A stretch of 64,000 nt of DNA from Alphaproteobacteria bacterium. Its GTDB lineage: Bacteria; Pseudomonadota; Alphaproteobacteria; UBA828. The notes beneath the pieces were generated by a model that did not search any database, was not told where the DNA came from, and saw nothing but the letters and a program-made list of their open reading frames with translations. Location: positions 608,001 through 672,000 of the forward strand of contig CBDCQT010000013.1 in NCBI GenBank assembly GCA_965220745.1, in the 5' to 3' direction. Each line of letters begins with the position of its first letter. The first letter of the stretch is position 1. This document shows, piece after piece, positions 9,495 through 20,041 of this stretch. The position numbers were made by a program, and so were the translations under genes.

Positions 9495-11150
9495 GTGCGT
9501 AGCGACGAACAATATCTCGGGATCGAGCGCTCACTACAGCGTGCTTGGGCGAAGGGAGCAGGGCTGATCGACGAAGAGTTCGAGCAGCCCATGATCGCGG
9601 TCGTCAACACTTATCAAGAGTTCTCGCCGGAGAACATTCACCTCCGGCAAGTCGGCGAGGCGGTCAAAGCGGGAATTCGCATGGCAGGCGGGACGCCGTG
9701 CGAATTCAATACTTTCCACGTTACCGACAGTGAGACGTTTGCCTCGGTTGGCATGCGCTATGTGCTACCGAGCCGGGACCTTGTGGCCGACATGATCGAG
9801 CTCATGGTCGAAGGCCATCGTTTCGATGCGATGGTGCTGATCGGTTCGGGTGACAAGGTTATGCCGGGAATGGTCATGGCGACTGCACGCATCGACATAC
9901 CTGCCATCGTGCTTTACGGCGGCCCCACGAAAGCCGGCACTTACAAGAACAAAAAAGTATTTCTGGAGACGGTTTATGATGGTGTCGGCGAGCACCTTCT
10001 CGGAAAGATTACCAAAGAAGAATTAAAGGGCCTGGAAGACAATCACTTCCCATTTTCCGGCGCTTGCGACACAGCGACGTCCGGCAATACCGCCGGTATC
10101 TATACGGAAGCGCTAGGTCTCTCACTACCCCATTCAGGCACTTATCCAGCGGGAAGCAACTACCAGCTTCGCGCGGCGAAATACACCGGGATGCGGATCA
10201 TGGACCTGGTGCGCGAAGACCTGCGTCCATCGAAGATTCTGACACGGGACGCGTTCGAAAACGCCATGCGTGTCGGACTGGCGGTCGGCGGCTCCACCAA
10301 CATGGTCCTCCACATGATCGCGATGGCAAAGGAAGCCGGCGTCGAGGTGAACTTCGACACCTGGGATCGCCTCAGTCGCGAGACCCCGACGCTGGTCAAG
10401 CTCGCGCCTTCCGGTCCATGGGGCGTGACGGAGCTCGGCGAGGCGGGCGGAACGCCCGCCGTCATGAAGGCGCTGGGCGATCTCATTAATCCGGAAACGC
10501 TGACCGTGTGCGGCGGGACGACCGGGGAACTCATCGCCCGTGCGGAAATTGAGAACCCGGAGTGCATCCGGGGGAGAGGCAATCCCATCGAGACGGACGG
10601 CTCGATCTACATACTCAAGGGCAGCCTTGCGCCCGGCGGAGCGGTCGTGAAGGCCTCTGGCGTCAGCCGCGACATGTGGCAGGCCGTGCTACCGGCGCGC
10701 GTCTTCGAGGACGAAGAGGGCGCAATCGGCGCCCTGCGCAACGGCACGATTCAGCCCGGCACCTGCGTCGTGATCCGCAACGAGGGCACGCGCGGTGGCC
10801 CCGGCATGCGCGAGATGCTGGGCGCCACCTCCGCGCTGATGGGGGCCGGCCTCGGCAATAGCTGCGCGCTCGTCACCGACGGGCGCTTCTCGGGCGCCAC
10901 TCACGGCCCAGCCATCGGCTACGTCACCCCGGAGGCCGCCCGAGACGGACCCATCGCCTTGGTAGAAGACGGCGATCTGGTCCGTATCGACCTGGTAGCG
11001 CGCACGCTGGACCTTGAGGTGGCTCCAGAGGTGCTCGCGGAGCGCCGCCGAATCCACACACCGATGCCGCCGCGAGTCTCGCGCGGCTATCTCAAGCACT
11101 ACGCCAAACATGTGGCGCCCGCCTCCGAAGGCGCCGTGATGCCGCGCTAG
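9495..11150 (+). CDS. IlvD/Edd-family dihydroxy-acid dehydratase
   Basis: [45 protein letters not shown]. Confidence 0.92.
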   Translation: MRSDEQYLGIERSLQRAWAKGAGLIDEEFEQPMIAVVNTYQEFSPENIHLRQVGEAVKAGIRMAGGTPCEFNTFHVTDSETFASVGMRYVLPSRDLVADMIELMVEGHRFDAMVLIGSGDKVMPGMVMATARIDIPAIVLYGGPTKAGTYKNKKVFLETVYDGVGEHLLGKITKEELKGLEDNHFPFSGACDTATSGNTAGIYTEALGLSLPHSGTYPAGSNYQLRAAKYTGMRIMDLVREDLRPSKILTRDAFENAMRVGLAVGGSTNMVLHMIAMAKEAGVEVNFDTWDRLSRETPTLVKLAPSGPWGVTELGEAGGTPAVMKALGDLINPETLTVCGGTTGELIARAEIENPECIRGRGNPIETDGSIYILKGSLAPGGAVVKASGVSRDMWQAVLPARVFEDEEGAIGALRNGTIQPGTCVVIRNEGTRGGPGMREMLGATSALMGAGLGNSCALVTDGRFSGATHGPAIGYVTPEAARDGPIALVEDGDLVRIDLVARTLDLEVAPEVLAERRRIHTPMPPRVSRGYLKHYAKHVAPASEGAVMPR

Positions 11151-11153
11151 GTC

Positions 11154-12199
11154 ATGAACGCGCTGACCGAAATCGTCGTCGTCACCAATGCCGCCTCCAC
11201 CGGCATCAGGATCGACCGCGCACAGTTGAAGTCGCTCGCCCGCCGCAGCGACAGGCCCGGCCTCACCTATCTGGCTCTCTGGGCATTGGCGCTGGCGCTG
11301 ACCGGCGCCCCGATCTGGTTCGCCCTGGGCACACCCTATGTCTGGGCGGCGGTGTTCGTCTTCGGCGTCGTCATGTCGGTGCCGTCCTACGCGCTCAGCC
11401 ATGAGACGGCGCACGGAACCGCCTTTCGCACGCGTTGGCTCAACGAGACCGTCTTCTGGTTCACGTCGCTGCTCTACGGCGAGGAGCCACTGCACCGGCG
11501 CTACACCCACACCAATCACCACACGTACACCTGGTACGTGGGTCTCGACAGCCAGATGCCCTTCGACACGCCGCTCACCTTCAGGGCTGGCTCTACGACA
11601 TCAGCGGGCTGTCGATTCACAGGTTCCAGTTCCGGGTGCTCTGGCAGCTGGCGACCAAGCGATACACGCCGCTCATGCGGGAGGTGTCGCCTGAGGCGGA
11701 GCTGCCGAAGATGACCCGCAACGCGCGCCTCTTCTGCCTCATCTACCTCGGCGTCATCGCCCTGATCGCCTCCGGCTACGGCTGGCCGCTGCTCTGGTTC
11801 TACGTGCTGCCGCGGCTCATCGGCGGCCCGATCATGCTGATGTTCAACATCATCCAGCATGCCGAGATGCAGGAGAACTCGCCCTCGATCGTAGACAGCA
11901 CGCGGACGTTCCGGACGAACTGGGTGGGGCGCTTTCTCTATCTCAACATGAACAACCACGTGGAGCACCACCTCTATCCGCAGGTGCCGTTCTACTCGCT
12001 CCCCAAGCTTCACGAGGCCGTCGCCGACAGGACGCCAGAGCCCGATCCGGGTTTTTGGGCCACCAATCTCGATCTTCTCTGGGTCGTCATCCGGCGTTCG
12101 CTCGGGCGCAGCACCAAGGCCGTCTGGATCCGGCAAGCGCCGCACATGGTGAGCGCCGGCGGGGCCTGCACCACGATCTCGAAGGCGACGATGCAGTGA
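11154..12199 (+). pseudogene. Fatty-acid desaturase / MocD-like membrane di-iron oxygenase, split by a 1-nt frameshift near 11584
   Basis: His boxes HETAH and HTNHH in one frame, QHAE and HVEHH in another; the frames switch at TTCAGGGCTGG (real lesion or sequencing error). Confidence 0.82.
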
Positions 12200-13038
12200 C
12201 GCGCAAGCGCATCTACACCTACGGCGGCAGGCCGGCTCAGCGCAACTTCACCGTGGCCGATCTGATCGCGCTCAAGGGCACAGTCAGGCTTTGCCAGACC
12301 TGCCCGGCGACGGAGGAGGAAGCAGCGGCCTGCGAAGCGGTCGGCATCGACGTGCTGAACACGTCGGACGCGGATCTTCCCGCGGTCCGAGCCGGCGCAC
12401 CCGAGACCTTCATCATCGCCGATCTCCCGATGACGGCGCACCAGACGCCCGACGACATCATGCGCGCTGCCGTCAGGGCGGCGGAGATCGGCGCGGACGC
12501 GGTCTACACGCCGCGCAGCCTGCGTATGGTCGAGATGCTGGCCAAGGAGGGGCTTGCCGTTCAGGGCCATCTCGGCCTGGTGCCGAGGCTCTCGACCCGG
12601 CGCGGAGGCTTGCGGATCGTCGGCAAGACGGCCGAGGAAGCCGTCGAGCTGGCAGAGGATTTCCGCCGCCTCGAGGACGCCGGCGCCTACGCCGCCGAGG
12701 TCGAATGCGTGGCGGCCGAGGCACTCGCGGCGATTAATCCGCTGACGAAATTGGTCACGCATTCCATCGGCGCCGGGTCCGCCGGCGACGTTATCTTCAT
12801 GTTCCTGGTCGACATCTGCGGGGAGTCTGACCGTCCCCCGGGTCACGCCAAGGCCTTCGCCGACCTCAATTCGATCCGTGCGCACCTCGCCGTCGAACGG
12901 CGGCGAGCCCTGAGCGAATACCGGCACGCAGTCATAACCGGCGCCTATCCCGACGCCGCGACCTCGGTCTCGATGCTGCCGAACGAGCACCAAAGACTTC
13001 TCGAGGCGCTGGATGCGCGCCCGGTTTTCAACACCTAG
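12196..13038 (+). CDS. Divergent ketopantoate hydroxymethyltransferase (PanB)-like protein
   Basis: IIADLPM, GHLGLVP, GKTAEEA, LEDAGA.A.EVECV, SIGAGS; canonical VGDSLG motif absent. Confidence 0.82.
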   Translation: MTRKRIYTYGGRPAQRNFTVADLIALKGTVRLCQTCPATEEEAAACEAVGIDVLNTSDADLPAVRAGAPETFIIADLPMTAHQTPDDIMRAAVRAAEIGADAVYTPRSLRMVEMLAKEGLAVQGHLGLVPRLSTRRGGLRIVGKTAEEAVELAEDFRRLEDAGAYAAEVECVAAEALAAINPLTKLVTHSIGAGSAGDVIFMFLVDICGESDRPPGHAKAFADLNSIRAHLAVERRRALSEYRHAVITGAYPDAATSVSMLPNEHQRLLEALDARPVFNT

Positions 13039-13048
13039 GAGAGCAACG

Positions 13049-13357
13049 ATGGCCGACTGGGTCCGCGCCTGCGCCTGCGACGACATCGAGGACGAGGACC
13101 TCATCCGCTGGGACCACGAGGGCCGAACCTACGCGATCTACAAGGCCGAGGACGGCTTTTACTGCACCGATGGCATGTGCACGCACGAGGAGGAGCACCT
13201 CGAGGAGGGGCTTCTGATCGGCCATGTCATCGAGTGCCCCCTTCACCAGGGTCGCTTCGACATCAGGACGGGGGAGGTGATTTCCCCTCCGCCCTTCGTC
13301 GATCTCCACGCCTATCCCGTGAAGGCGGAGGACGGCCAAATCTACGTGAAGGTCTAG
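13049..13357 (+). CDS. Rieske [2Fe-2S] ferredoxin (MocE-like)
   Basis: CTHE...IECPLHQGRFDIRTG. Confidence 0.92.
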   Translation: MADWVRACACDDIEDEDLIRWDHEGRTYAIYKAEDGFYCTDGMCTHEEEHLEEGLLIGHVIECPLHQGRFDIRTGEVISPPPFVDLHAYPVKAEDGQIYVKV

Positions 13358-13425
13358 GGGCGATTTGAAGGGAGTGCCCCTGGAATTTGTTTCGACAACC
13401 AGTGCCACGAAGAGGAGATGGAACG

Positions 13426-14454
13426 ATGAATACCCCACTTCGCAAGTTAGTCTTGCCCGGCCTGACCGCGGCGGGAATAGCGCTCGGCGCGATGGCTTTT
13501 CAGGCCGAAACTCAGAAGGCCGACGCGGCGGAGAGCTTCATCTTCGCGCACGCGATGAACGTCGATCACGTGTTCCACGCCATCTCGGAACGCTACATCG
13601 CCGACCTGGCGGACCAGAGCGGGATCGAGATCGAGTATCACCCGGGCGGCGATCTCGGCGACTGGACGTCGCTGTTCGAGCAGGCCATGCAGGGCGTCGT
13701 GCCGATGACGCTGACCTGGGCTTCGTCGGAATTCGACTCTCGGCTGGACCTCATCTACCTGGGCTACATCGTCTCCAACTGGGAGGACGCGGAGGCGCTC
13801 TACGGCCCCGGCGCCGGCATGCTCGGGGTCTACAACGACATGCTGGCCGACCTCGGCCTGTACGCTCTTGGAATCATCCCGACAGATTTCGGCTCCGTGG
13901 TGATCCGCAAGGGCGTCGGCGAGCTTCCGATGAACTTCCCGGATGACCCGGCCGGCATGAAGATCCGCGTTCCGGGACTCGCGATCGCGGTGGACCGCTT
14001 CAACAGCTTCGGCTTCGCCGCGGTGCCCATTCCGCTTTCCGAGGTCCACACGGCCCTGCAGCTCGGGACCGTGGATGCGCGTTCGTTCTCGACCGCGGTC
14101 GAGACCTACACGCTGCGTGACGTGCTCGAGGCCAACATCCTTACCAACGACTACTTCGAGGTCGCCTTCTGGCTCGTGAACAAGGACTGGTGGGACGGCC
14201 TATCCGAGGAAGATCGGACCGCCTTGCAGGCCGCCGCCGACAACACCATCGGCTGGTCCTGGATGGAGGCCAAGAGCAAGAGCGACGAGTTCCTGCAGAA
14301 GGCGCGCGATGCCGGCATCAACGTGGTCGAGCTGAGTGACGAGCAGATGAGCGCGGCAAAGCAGATCGTCTACGACAACGAGTGGCCGATGATGGAAGAC
14401 GTCGTCGGCAAGGACATCATGGACAAGATTCGGCAGGTCGTCGGTATCGAGTAG
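13426..14454 (+). CDS. TRAP transporter substrate-binding protein DctP
   Basis: Signal peptide, GMKIRVPG, PIPLSEVHTALQLGTVD, WWDGLSEEDR. Confidence 0.9.
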   Translation: MNTPLRKLVLPGLTAAGIALGAMAFQAETQKADAAESFIFAHAMNVDHVFHAISERYIADLADQSGIEIEYHPGGDLGDWTSLFEQAMQGVVPMTLTWASSEFDSRLDLIYLGYIVSNWEDAEALYGPGAGMLGVYNDMLADLGLYALGIIPTDFGSVVIRKGVGELPMNFPDDPAGMKIRVPGLAIAVDRFNSFGFAAVPIPLSEVHTALQLGTVDARSFSTAVETYTLRDVLEANILTNDYFEVAFWLVNKDWWDGLSEEDRTALQAAADNTIGWSWMEAKSKSDEFLQKARDAGINVVELSDEQMSAAKQIVYDNEWPMMEDVVGKDIMDKIRQVVGIE

Positions 14455-14481
14455 TGACTCCCGAGTGTTCTCCAGAGACTG

Positions 14482-14507
14482 CGTCCGGGTGCCTCGGCAC
14501 CCGGACG
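14482..14507 (+). terminator. GC-rich stem-loop between dctP and dctQ (attenuator or mRNA stabiliser)
   Basis: CGTCCGGGTGCC-TC-GGCACCCGGACG perfect inverted repeat followed by GCTTCTT. Confidence 0.6.
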
Positions 14508-14532
14508 GCTTCTTGATCGGGAACCCGCCAAC

Positions 14533-15177
14533 GTGAGCCGGAAGTCGGACCATCGCTCCCGACCTTCCGAGGGTGCCTCGTCAAATGACAACGATCCCGA
14601 TCATGACCGGTCCGAACCGCCCGAGCGCCTGAGCCCGCTGCCCACGGGCGCACTGGCGGAGAAGCTGCGCTGGGTGCTCTCCGTCGAGGCCATCGTCCAG
14701 CGCGTCCTTTACGTCTTCATCATCGCCTTCGGCCTCGCCCTCGCCGGGCTGATGTTCACCCAGGTCGTGCTGCGCTACGCCTTCGCCTCGCCGTTCGTGG
14801 GGATCGAGGAGCTGTCGCTGCTCTTCGGCGCCTGGTTCTATTTCCTCGGCATCGCCTACGTCACTCGTGACGGCGAGCACATCCACGGCGGCATCCTGAC
14901 CATGGTCGTGCGCAATCCGACCGCCGTGCAGGCCGTCCGCTTGGTCGTGACAGTGCTCAGCGTCGGCGCCTGCGCGATCTTCGGCTACTTCGCGATCAAG
15001 TATGCGCTCTTCGAGATCGGGACCGGCCGGCTCAGCTCGTACATGCGCTGGCCCAAGGGGTTGTGGTCGGCCTCGCTCATCGTCGGCTTCGTCGCGACCA
15101 CGGTCTACATGCTGCTTCAGGCGGTCCATCAATTCCTGGACCTGCAAGCCCGCCTCCGCGCGTCGAGGCGGAGCTAG
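14533..15177 (+). CDS. TRAP small permease DctQ (start uncertain)
   Basis: QVVLRY, EELSLL..W..FLG, GEHI; four hydrophobic segments. Confidence 0.88.
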   Translation: MSRKSDHRSRPSEGASSNDNDPDHDRSEPPERLSPLPTGALAEKLRWVLSVEAIVQRVLYVFIIAFGLALAGLMFTQVVLRYAFASPFVGIEELSLLFGAWFYFLGIAYVTRDGEHIHGGILTMVVRNPTAVQAVRLVVTVLSVGACAIFGYFAIKYALFEIGTGRLSSYMRWPKGLWSASLIVGFVATTVYMLLQAVHQFLDLQARLRASRRS

Positions 15178-15179
15178 CC

Positions 15180-16484
15180 GTGCTCGTCTTTCTCGGCTCT
15201 ATCGCGCTCGTCGTCATCCTGCTCTTGTCGGAGATGCCGATCGCGTTCGCCTTCGGCATCGGCGCGCTGGTGTTCGGCCTCGCGTCCGGCTCGGACATCT
15301 CCTTCCTCATCCCGTTCGCCTACCAGACGACCTCGAGCTTCGCCCTGCTCGCGCTGCCGCTCTTCGTGATGGCCGGCACCATCATGGCCGAAGGGGGGAT
15401 GTCCGACCGCCTGCTCAACTTCGTGAACGCGCTGGTCGGCAGGCTGAAGGGCGGGCTCGGTGCCGTGACCATCGTCACTTGCGCGCTGTTCGGCGCGATC
15501 TCCGGCTCGTCGTCGGCGGCCATCGCCGCCATCGGGTCGATCATGATTCCGCGCATGGTGCGGGAGGGATATCCGCCCGGCCATGCGACCGCGCTGGTGG
15601 CCTGTTCATCGGTGCTCGCGCTGATGATCCCGCCCTCCATTCCCATGATCGTCTTTGCGGTGACCGGCGGAATCTCGGTGGGTGCAGCCTTTCTCTCAAC
15701 CATCATTCCCGGCGTCTTGCTGACGGTCGTCTATGTCGGCTTGAATTTCCTGTTCCTGCGCAAGGTGAAGACCATCACGGTCGAGGAACGGGTTCCGGCC
15801 CGCGTCGCGGTGCGCCGCGTGGGCATCACGGGCGCCAAGGCCTTCTGGGCGCTGCTGCTGCCGGTCTTCATCCTCGGCAGCATCTACTCCGGTATCGCGA
15901 CACCGACCGAGGCCGCCGCGATCGCCTTCGTCTACACGGTGGTCGTGGGCTTCGTGTTCTACCGGGGCCTCACATTGCAGAACTTCCCCAAGGCCATCGG
16001 ACGCGCGGCGGTCACGACAGGATCGATCATCGCGGTGCTGTTCTTCCTGTTCGTCATGAGCCGCGCGATGATTCTGGAGCAGGTGCCGAAGGACGTGGCG
16101 GACGCGCTGATCGCGCTGACCGAGAACCGCATCTTCGTTCTGTTGATGATCAACCTAATCCTCCTGCTGATCGGCATGATCGTCGACGACGTGTCGGGCA
16201 GCGTGCTCGCGGCGATCGTGCTGCTGCCGGTGGCGAGGGAAATCGGCGTCCACCCCATCCACTTCGCCGCGATCGTCGGCACCAATCTCGGTCTCGGGAA
16301 CGTCTCTCCCCCCTGCGCGCCGATGCTTTACATGGCGGCGGGGATCAGCAAGCTCTCGCTGGACAAGTATGTCGTGCCGACCATGAAGCTGTTGTGTTTG
16401 GGTCATCTGCCCATGGTGCTGATCGTCACATTCATTCCTGACCTCTCGCTGGCACTGCCCAGGCTGGTCATGGGGATTGAGTAA
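15180..16484 (+). CDS. TRAP large permease DctM
   Basis: LLALPLFVMAG, FGAISGSSSA, IPPSIPMI, ATPTEAA, IHFAAIV. Confidence 0.93.
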   Translation: MLVFLGSIALVVILLLSEMPIAFAFGIGALVFGLASGSDISFLIPFAYQTTSSFALLALPLFVMAGTIMAEGGMSDRLLNFVNALVGRLKGGLGAVTIVTCALFGAISGSSSAAIAAIGSIMIPRMVREGYPPGHATALVACSSVLALMIPPSIPMIVFAVTGGISVGAAFLSTIIPGVLLTVVYVGLNFLFLRKVKTITVEERVPARVAVRRVGITGAKAFWALLLPVFILGSIYSGIATPTEAAAIAFVYTVVVGFVFYRGLTLQNFPKAIGRAAVTTGSIIAVLFFLFVMSRAMILEQVPKDVADALIALTENRIFVLLMINLILLLIGMIVDDVSGSVLAAIVLLPVAREIGVHPIHFAAIVGTNLGLGNVSPPCAPMLYMAAGISKLSLDKYVVPTMKLLCLGHLPMVLIVTFIPDLSLALPRLVMGIE

Positions 16485-16618
16485 GCGCTGGCGCTCCTCC
16501 GAGAGCGCGTGCGCGACGATCGCTCTCGAGCAATCGGGCAAGGGCTATATCACTGCCGGTCGCCGATAATCCGGGCGCAGAGATCAGCGCCGGCACCGAC
16601 CTCATCGTGGAGTGAACA

Positions 16619-17698
16619 ATGCGATCGCAACGCCTTGTGCAAATCGTCGGCTGCCATGCGGAAGGCGAGGTGGGTGATGTCATCATCGGCGGCGTCGTCC
16701 CGCCGCCGGGCGACACGCTCTGGGAGCAGTCCCGCTTCATCGCTCGCGACCAGTCTCTGCGTCGCTTCGTGCTGAACGAGCCACGCGGCGGCGTGTTTCG
16801 CCACGTCAACCTGCTGGTGCCGCCTAAGGATCCTCGCGCCGACATGGGCTTCATCATCATGGAGCCTGAGGACACGCCGCCGATGTCGGGATCGAATAGC
16901 CTCTGCGTCGCCACGGTGCTACTGGAAACCGGCATCCTGCCGATGACCGAACCCGAGACGGTGATGGTTCTGGAAGCCCCCGGCGGCCTCATCCGGGTAC
17001 ATGCCGCCTGCAGCGAGGGGCGGGTCGACTCCGTCCGCGTGCACAACGTCGTTTCCTTCGCGGCGCGGCTTGGGGCCGCGCTCGAGGTCGAGGGACTAGG
17101 AACGCTCTCCGCCGATACCGCCTACGGCGGCGACAGCTTCGTGCTGGTGGATTCAGAAGCGCTCGGCTTCGCGCTCAGCCCCGACGAAGCGCGGGACATC
17201 GTCGAGACGGGGATTCGGATCACCCGCGCCGCCAACGAGCAGCTGGGCTTCCTCCATCCCCAGAACCCCGATTGGCGGCATATCTCATTCTGCCAGATCG
17301 CCGCGCCGCTTCAGTGCATCGATGGTGTACCGACGGGCCGCAACGCGGTGGTAATCCGGCCGGGCAAGATCGACCGCAGCCCGACCGGCACCGGCTGCTC
17401 CGCACGAATGGCGGTGCTGCACGCGCGGGGCGAGCTTGGGATCGGCGATCGCTTCCGTGGGGTATCGATCATCGATTCCGTCTTCGACTGCCGCATCGAG
17501 GGGGAAACCACGTTGGACGGACGCCCGGCGATCCTGCCGTCGGTCTCGGGTCGTGCCTGGCTGACCGGTACGACCCAGCTCCACCTCGACCCGCGCGATC
17601 CGTGGCCGGAGGGCTATCGGCTCAGCGACACCTGGCCTCCCAGCGCGGAGGCCTCTGCCCCCGCCACCAACGACGGCGCTCACGCCAACCACAACTAG
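16619..17698 (+). CDS. Proline racemase superfamily protein with Ser/Thr dyad (likely trans-3-hydroxy-L-proline dehydratase-type)
   Basis: HAEGE, EPRG, PMSGSN (Ser in place of Cys), DRSPTGTG (Thr in place of Cys). Confidence 0.85.
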   Translation: MRSQRLVQIVGCHAEGEVGDVIIGGVVPPPGDTLWEQSRFIARDQSLRRFVLNEPRGGVFRHVNLLVPPKDPRADMGFIIMEPEDTPPMSGSNSLCVATVLLETGILPMTEPETVMVLEAPGGLIRVHAACSEGRVDSVRVHNVVSFAARLGAALEVEGLGTLSADTAYGGDSFVLVDSEALGFALSPDEARDIVETGIRITRAANEQLGFLHPQNPDWRHISFCQIAAPLQCIDGVPTGRNAVVIRPGKIDRSPTGTGCSARMAVLHARGELGIGDRFRGVSIIDSVFDCRIEGETTLDGRPAILPSVSGRAWLTGTTQLHLDPRDPWPEGYRLSDTWPPSAEASAPATNDGAHANHN

Positions 17699-17739
17699 CG
17701 AGCAACACCCGTATCGTTCTCGCCCTCAGTCCCGTCGCC

Positions 17740-17990
17740 TATTGGATAGGGTCCGAACATGTCGGGCTTGGGATTGACCTCTTCTACGACGTCGAAGACT
17801 TCACCTGCTTCTTCGAGGCAAACAAGGAAAAGTGCTGGGCAAACTATGAAAAGCCGTTGACCGCGTTCTTCCAGCCTGAACAACTGCCCGAGGTGACGGA
17901 AGGCCTGCTTGAGCGTTGTTACGCTGAGAGCGAGGTGTGCGGCATTCTGGGTGAAACTACTTGCGCGTGGTCCGTGCGGTGTGGGGCTGA
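17740..17990 (+). pseudogene. C-terminal remnant of a membrane dipeptidase (peptidase M19)
   Basis: IGSEHVGLGIDL...QPEQLPEVTEGLLERCY.ESEVCGILGE then, after a frameshift, YLRVVRAVWG*; N-terminal part missing. Confidence 0.65.
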
Positions 17991-18087
17991 AAGAACATCT
18001 GTCTCGCTTATGCTGACGGTGTTGGCGGTAGTTTGTAGCTCGAGGATTAGGCCGGCGCGGCGGCAACCGCACGGGAAGGAGAGGTCG

Positions 18088-19035
18088 ATGACTGTTCCTT
18101 CAACGCTCGATACCGTCGCCGTCGTGGGCAACGGCCTCGTCGGCCACGGCATGGCCCAGATTTTCGCGGCTGCGGGCTACCGGGTCGTCATGATCGGCCG
18201 GCGCGAGGGGAGCCTCGCCGCGGCAATGGACCGGATTGCGAAGAGCCTCGCCGCCTTCGAAGCACACGAGCTCGTCACGTCCGGCGAAAACAGCGCCGCT
18301 CTCCGACGCATCCGGACCTCGACCGATCTCGAGAACGCGGCGGAGGCGCAGCTCGTCCTCGAGGCGGTTCCGGCGGATCGTGCGGTCCAGGACGAGGTGT
18401 ACGGCCGGCTCGACGCGATCTGCGCGCCGCCCGCCGTCTTTGCCTCCGGGAGCGGGCAGCCCGCGAGCGAGCTTGTGTCCAACGTCACGCATCGCGGGCG
18501 CGTGGTCGCCGCCCATTTCTGGTACCCGCCGCAGCTCATTCCGCTGGTCGAGGTCTGCGCCGGGCCGGAGACCGACCCGGACGTGGCGCCGTGGCTTTGC
18601 GACGTGCTGCGGGCGGCCGGGAAGGAGCCGGTGATCGTCGACAAGGAGGTTCCGGGCTTCATCGGCAACCGGCTTCAGTACGCGATCCTGCGCGAGGCCT
18701 GGGCGCTGTGGGCGGAGGGGGCGGCCTCGGCCGAGGCGATCGACACGGTGGTGAAGGCGTCTATCGGGCGGCGTCTCGCGATCACCGGCCCCATCGAGTC
18801 CGCCGACGTAGGCGGCCTCGATACGCTACACGCGTTCGGCGCGTACCTCATCCCGCACCTGAATACGGGCTCCCAGCCCGCCTCTGCGGTGACCGCGCTG
18901 GTTGAGGCGGGGCATCGCGGCCTGCCCTCAGGCCGGGGGGTGTACGACTGGAGCGCGCGCGACGGCGCGGCGTTGCTCAAGGAACGCGAGGAGGAGCTGT
19001 TCCGCCACCTCGCCAGGGACAAAGCCCGGCGCTGA
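18088..19035 (+). CDS. 3-hydroxyacyl-CoA dehydrogenase family protein
   Basis: VVGNGLVGHG, AHFWYPPQLIPLVEV, PGFIGNRLQYA, GPIESAD..GLD. Confidence 0.9.
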   Translation: MTVPSTLDTVAVVGNGLVGHGMAQIFAAAGYRVVMIGRREGSLAAAMDRIAKSLAAFEAHELVTSGENSAALRRIRTSTDLENAAEAQLVLEAVPADRAVQDEVYGRLDAICAPPAVFASGSGQPASELVSNVTHRGRVVAAHFWYPPQLIPLVEVCAGPETDPDVAPWLCDVLRAAGKEPVIVDKEVPGFIGNRLQYAILREAWALWAEGAASAEAIDTVVKASIGRRLAITGPIESADVGGLDTLHAFGAYLIPHLNTGSQPASAVTALVEAGHRGLPSGRGVYDWSARDGAALLKEREEELFRHLARDKARR

Positions 19036-19158
19036 CCACCGCCCGCCATCTCGAATACGCGACATCGGGCGTAGCGATCCCCCTGCCGGTTCAGAGGTAC
19101 GTAGCGCTCCTACCTCTCGAAGAGGCGAACCCGCGCCACTCCGACGCGGCCGAAGGGC

Positions 19159-19953
19159 TCAAGCGACCGTGTCGAAAAAGTCCGCAACCGTGCTGACCAG
19201 CGTGTCACAGCGCGCCTCCGGCAGCATGTGGCCGCCGCCCTCCAGCGCGCAGTGAGCCGCACCGGGGATCAGCGCCGCCAGTTCCGCGCCGAACCAGGGC
19301 GGCATCAACTGGTCATCGGCCGCAGTCACGACCAGGGTGGGGCAGGTCAGGCCCGGTGCCAGCGGGCGGGCGTCGAAAGCCAGGATCGCCTCCAGCCTGC
19401 CCTCGATGCGGTCGGCATCCTGCGGCGCCGCGTTCCTGGCCAGCCTCTCGAATGCCTCTGCGTGCGTGCGACGGTAGTCGGGCGGGAACAGCAGGCTGGC
19501 GTTGAACCAGGCGTAGCGGTACGGGTCGAGCGCCCGCGCGGCGGCCACGCGCAGACGCTGCATCGTCGTCAAATGCGCGTCGCCATGGCTCCACGGATTT
19601 GCCAGCACCAGCCCGGCAACCCGGTCCGGGCAAGCCGCGGCCAGCGACAGGCCGACGCCACAGCCGGTGGAGTGGCAGAACAGGTGCGCTCTGTCGATCT
19701 CCAGCGCGTCGAAAAGCTGCGTAAGCTCTGCCGCGCGGCCCGCCATGGTCATGCGCTGGGGCACGGCCACGGGTGCGCTGCGGCCGGTGCCGCGCTGGTC
19801 GTAGCGGACCACCCGGAAGTGTTCCGCCAGCCTGTCCTGAAACGGACGCACACCCACCGGGCCACCACTCAGCGGCAGCAGCATCGCCAGAACCGCGCCG
19901 CTGCCGCTTTCCTCGTAGTAGATGTCGCCGCCTTCGATCTGCGCCAGGGGCAT
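19159..19953 (-). CDS. Alpha/beta hydrolase (RutD-like)
   Basis: YDQRGTGRS, CHSTGC nucleophile elbow, DDQLMP, GGGHML. Confidence 0.8.
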   Translation of the reverse strand: MPLAQIEGGDIYYEESGSGAVLAMLLPLSGGPVGVRPFQDRLAEHFRVVRYDQRGTGRSAPVAVPQRMTMAGRAAELTQLFDALEIDRAHLFCHSTGCGVGLSLAAACPDRVAGLVLANPWSHGDAHLTTMQRLRVAAARALDPYRYAWFNASLLFPPDYRRTHAEAFERLARNAAPQDADRIEGRLEAILAFDARPLAPGLTCPTLVVTAADDQLMPPWFGAELAALIPGAAHCALEGGGHMLPEARCDTLVSTVADFFDTVA

Positions 19954-20041
19954 GTGCAGGGTGTCCGTCTTCCACGACAAGGGGGCAGTCGGTTCTGAGC
20001 ACCCTCGCCCAAGACTTCCGTCGGCGACGGACCACCTGGCC

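Noticed and set aside
17272-19035. 587-aa ORF as one protein
   Set aside because: It is a chance read-through of an off-frame racemase segment, the dipeptidase remnant and the real HAD gene, which starts at 18088 with its own RBS
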